A DNA stretch of 64,000 nt from Hypanus sabinus (taxonomy: Eukaryota). Position 1 is the first letter of the stretch. Every line of letters starts with the position of its first letter. Below, piece by piece: positions 61,925 through 64,000 of this stretch. The DNA lies in contig NC_082706.1 in assembly GCF_030144855.1 (NCBI RefSeq), positions 117,118,001 to 117,182,000 on the forward strand. The letters run 5' to 3'. The notes under the pieces were generated by a model. That model was not told the origin of the DNA. It ran no database searches and saw only the letters and a list, made by a program, of their open reading frames with translations. The translations under genes were made by a program, and so were the position numbers.

Positions 61925-62190
61925 GCAGCTCATACGCAGGAAGCGTCTGGAGCTGCTTGTAGAATTTTCAGGCTCTCTCTGCGACTGTGTGGGCTTCTTC
62001 TCACATCCCAAAGATGAGTGGGCTGTGAGATTAAATGGCCAGCTGAATGTATTGTTGAATGGTAGAATCTAGGTGGATTTGTTGAGAATTGATATTAGAT
62101 TGGGATATGATTAGTGTAAATATACATTTATTGATCCACGGGGACTCTGTGTGCCAAGGCAGCTGTTGCTATGCAGTAACTCTCTGAGAA
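61925..62190 (+). mobile_element. Decayed V-SINE
   Basis: 'gcgactgtgtgggcttcttctcacatcccaaagatg'. Confidence 0.55.
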
Positions 62191-62294
62191 ATAGGACTTC
62201 CCATTTTCTATTGTTTAGCAGCTCATTTTTGGTCTAATGACTTGATGTTCGGTGGAAGAAAGAGTTGTAAATTATGACAAGTTTAGTAGGGCTG

Positions 62295-63135
62295 CATTGG
62301 TGGTGTAGTGGTTAGCACATCACTTTACAGGCCAGTGACAGGAGTTTAGTTCTCAGCACTGTCTGTAAGAATCAGAATCACAATCAGGTTTAATATCTTT
62401 GGCATGTGTTGTGAAATTTGTTACTTAGCAGCAGCAGTTCAATGCAATATATGACATAAAAGAAAATCAATCAATCAATCAATAAAGTATACATGTATAT
62501 ATGCATATTAAATAGATTAAAAATTGTGCAAAAACAGAAATAACATCTATAAAATATATTTAAAAAAAGTGAGGTAGTGTTCACGGGTTCAATATCCATT
62601 TAGAAACTGGGTAACAGAGGGGAAGAAGCTGTTCCTGTATTGTTGAGTGTGTGCCTTCAGGCTTCTGAACCTCCTACCTCATGGTAACAATGAGAAAGGA
62701 GCATAACCTGGGATGCTGCCTTTTTTGAGACACCACTCCCTGAATATGTCCTGGTACTTGGAGCTTAGAAAAATAGAGGGCTATGGGTAACCCTAGGTAA
62801 TTTCTAAAGTAAGTACATGTTTGGCACAGCATTGTGGGTCAAAGGGCCTGTATTATGCTATAGTTTTTTACTTTGTAGGCTAGTACCCAAGATGGATATT
62901 CTTGTGTTTCTTGATCTCATCATTCAAGATTCAGTGTCACACAACCTTGACATGCATCAGTGCTAGGGTTAGGGTTAGGTTGCACATTCCTCCCATGACA
63001 CAATGGGTTTTGTCCCAGTGCTCCTATTTCTTCCCACATTCCAAAGATGTACAAATTAGTATGTTATTGGTCACATGGGGTGTCATTGGGTAATACAAGC
63101 TCGATGAGCTGAGAGGGCCTGATACCATACTGTAT
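62295..63135 (+). mobile_element. V-SINE split by a Rex1 fragment (62368-62900, minus), which itself carries a CR1 tail (62760-62870, plus)
   Basis: SINE head 'ggtggtgtagtggttagcacatcactttacag..gtctgtaag' resumes at 62980 'ttgcacattcctcccatgac..cccacattccaaagatgtac'. Confidence 0.8.
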
Positions 63136-64000
63136 TAAACATTCATTATTTTATTTTCTGTGTCATCATGTTGGAGCCATTGCATTTCAATAAAAGTATA
63201 CAACACACTGACAAAAAAAAAGCTTTCTTTAGAACTGGAGAAAATAATAGCCCAGATCATAGTGATTTCTGCTTGTGATTTTGACGGCAAATGCCAATTT
63301 AGACTTTGAAAATGAAATAAGCCTTAGTGTCCTGCCTGCACACTTTGAAAAGCAGGAATCTGGGATCTACTGACAGATTGAGAAGGCTGATCCCTCTACG
63401 ATGGGCCTCTATGGAACCAGTGTTTAGCACTGTCTTGTTAAGATACCCCAGCAGGATTCAAGAACCCACTGATGTTGGTACAAATTAGAGCACAAAGAGA
63501 ACAAATGTACAAATAACTTAATTGAAATCATCTTGCCTTTAATCAATTACCAATTTATCACTTTAATTAATTTGACTTTTTTTATTCAATTTAATTTCTA
63601 AAAATTTCCATGTGTTAAGATTAGAAATACTTAACGCCATTAAAATCAATGACAAATTTACAGCAAAAAGATCCACTTGGGGCTTTACTAGCTGATAAAA
63701 GCTCTCAGGAGTAGACGGAACATAGATCCTGCTTACTGCATCCCCCAGTGTATAGCTGGAACTTGAATGAGCCCACAGGATTTCACAGTGGACAGATGAG
63801 GAATGGATAGATATCGTGTGCCATGTCTACAAGGAAATTGGTAAGTGCTTTTATTATTATCACATGTGTCTAAGTACCGAAAAGAACTTTGTTTTGCCTA
63901 CAATTCTTCAGATCATTTAATCACATTAGTTCATCAAAATAGTACAAGGGAAAACTTCAACAGAAAGTGAAATAAATGCTATAGTTAGAGAAAAAGTTCA

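Noticed and set aside
62295-62370. tRNA gene
   Set aside because: It is the tRNA-derived head of a V-SINE: no complete cloverleaf, and it continues into the V-domain.

Overview
This is AT-rich eukaryotic DNA with no supportable host protein-coding gene. The repeat content (V-SINE/HE1-like and SacSINE1/DeuSINE-like SINEs, CR1 with an SGNH-esterase ORF1, Rex1/Babar, RTE, Penelope) points to a cartilaginous fish, probably a ray or skate; that assignment is inference. Most of the window is decayed and often nested transposable elements. These include two Ty3/Gypsy proviral relics (sushi/chromovirus-like at 1-3.1 kb, Mag/K02A2.6-like at 20.7-24.6 kb), four solo LTRs with 4-bp TSDs, one full-length but inactivated IR/DR-type Tc1 (DD34E), a hAT-like MITE, a composite double-MITE, and many LINE fragments. 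Nearly all listed ORFs are TE fragments or antisense noise. Highlights: (1) a dispersed set of Penelope pseudo-LTR ends carrying minimal type-I hammerhead ribozyme motifs (best copy 49454-49491); (2) a TA-flanked composite mini-transposon of two ~75-bp palindromic MITEs around captured cargo, with an empty-site copy of its host repeat in the same window; (3) a solo LTR with tandem C/EBP-ATF (CARE/AARE-like) motifs next to its TATA box; (4) a perfect 20-bp-arm hairpin in unique DNA; (5) several TE-free, homeodomain-motif-rich islands that look like conserved non-coding elements. Boundaries of decayed elements are approximate, and family names come from motif recognition, not from a database search.
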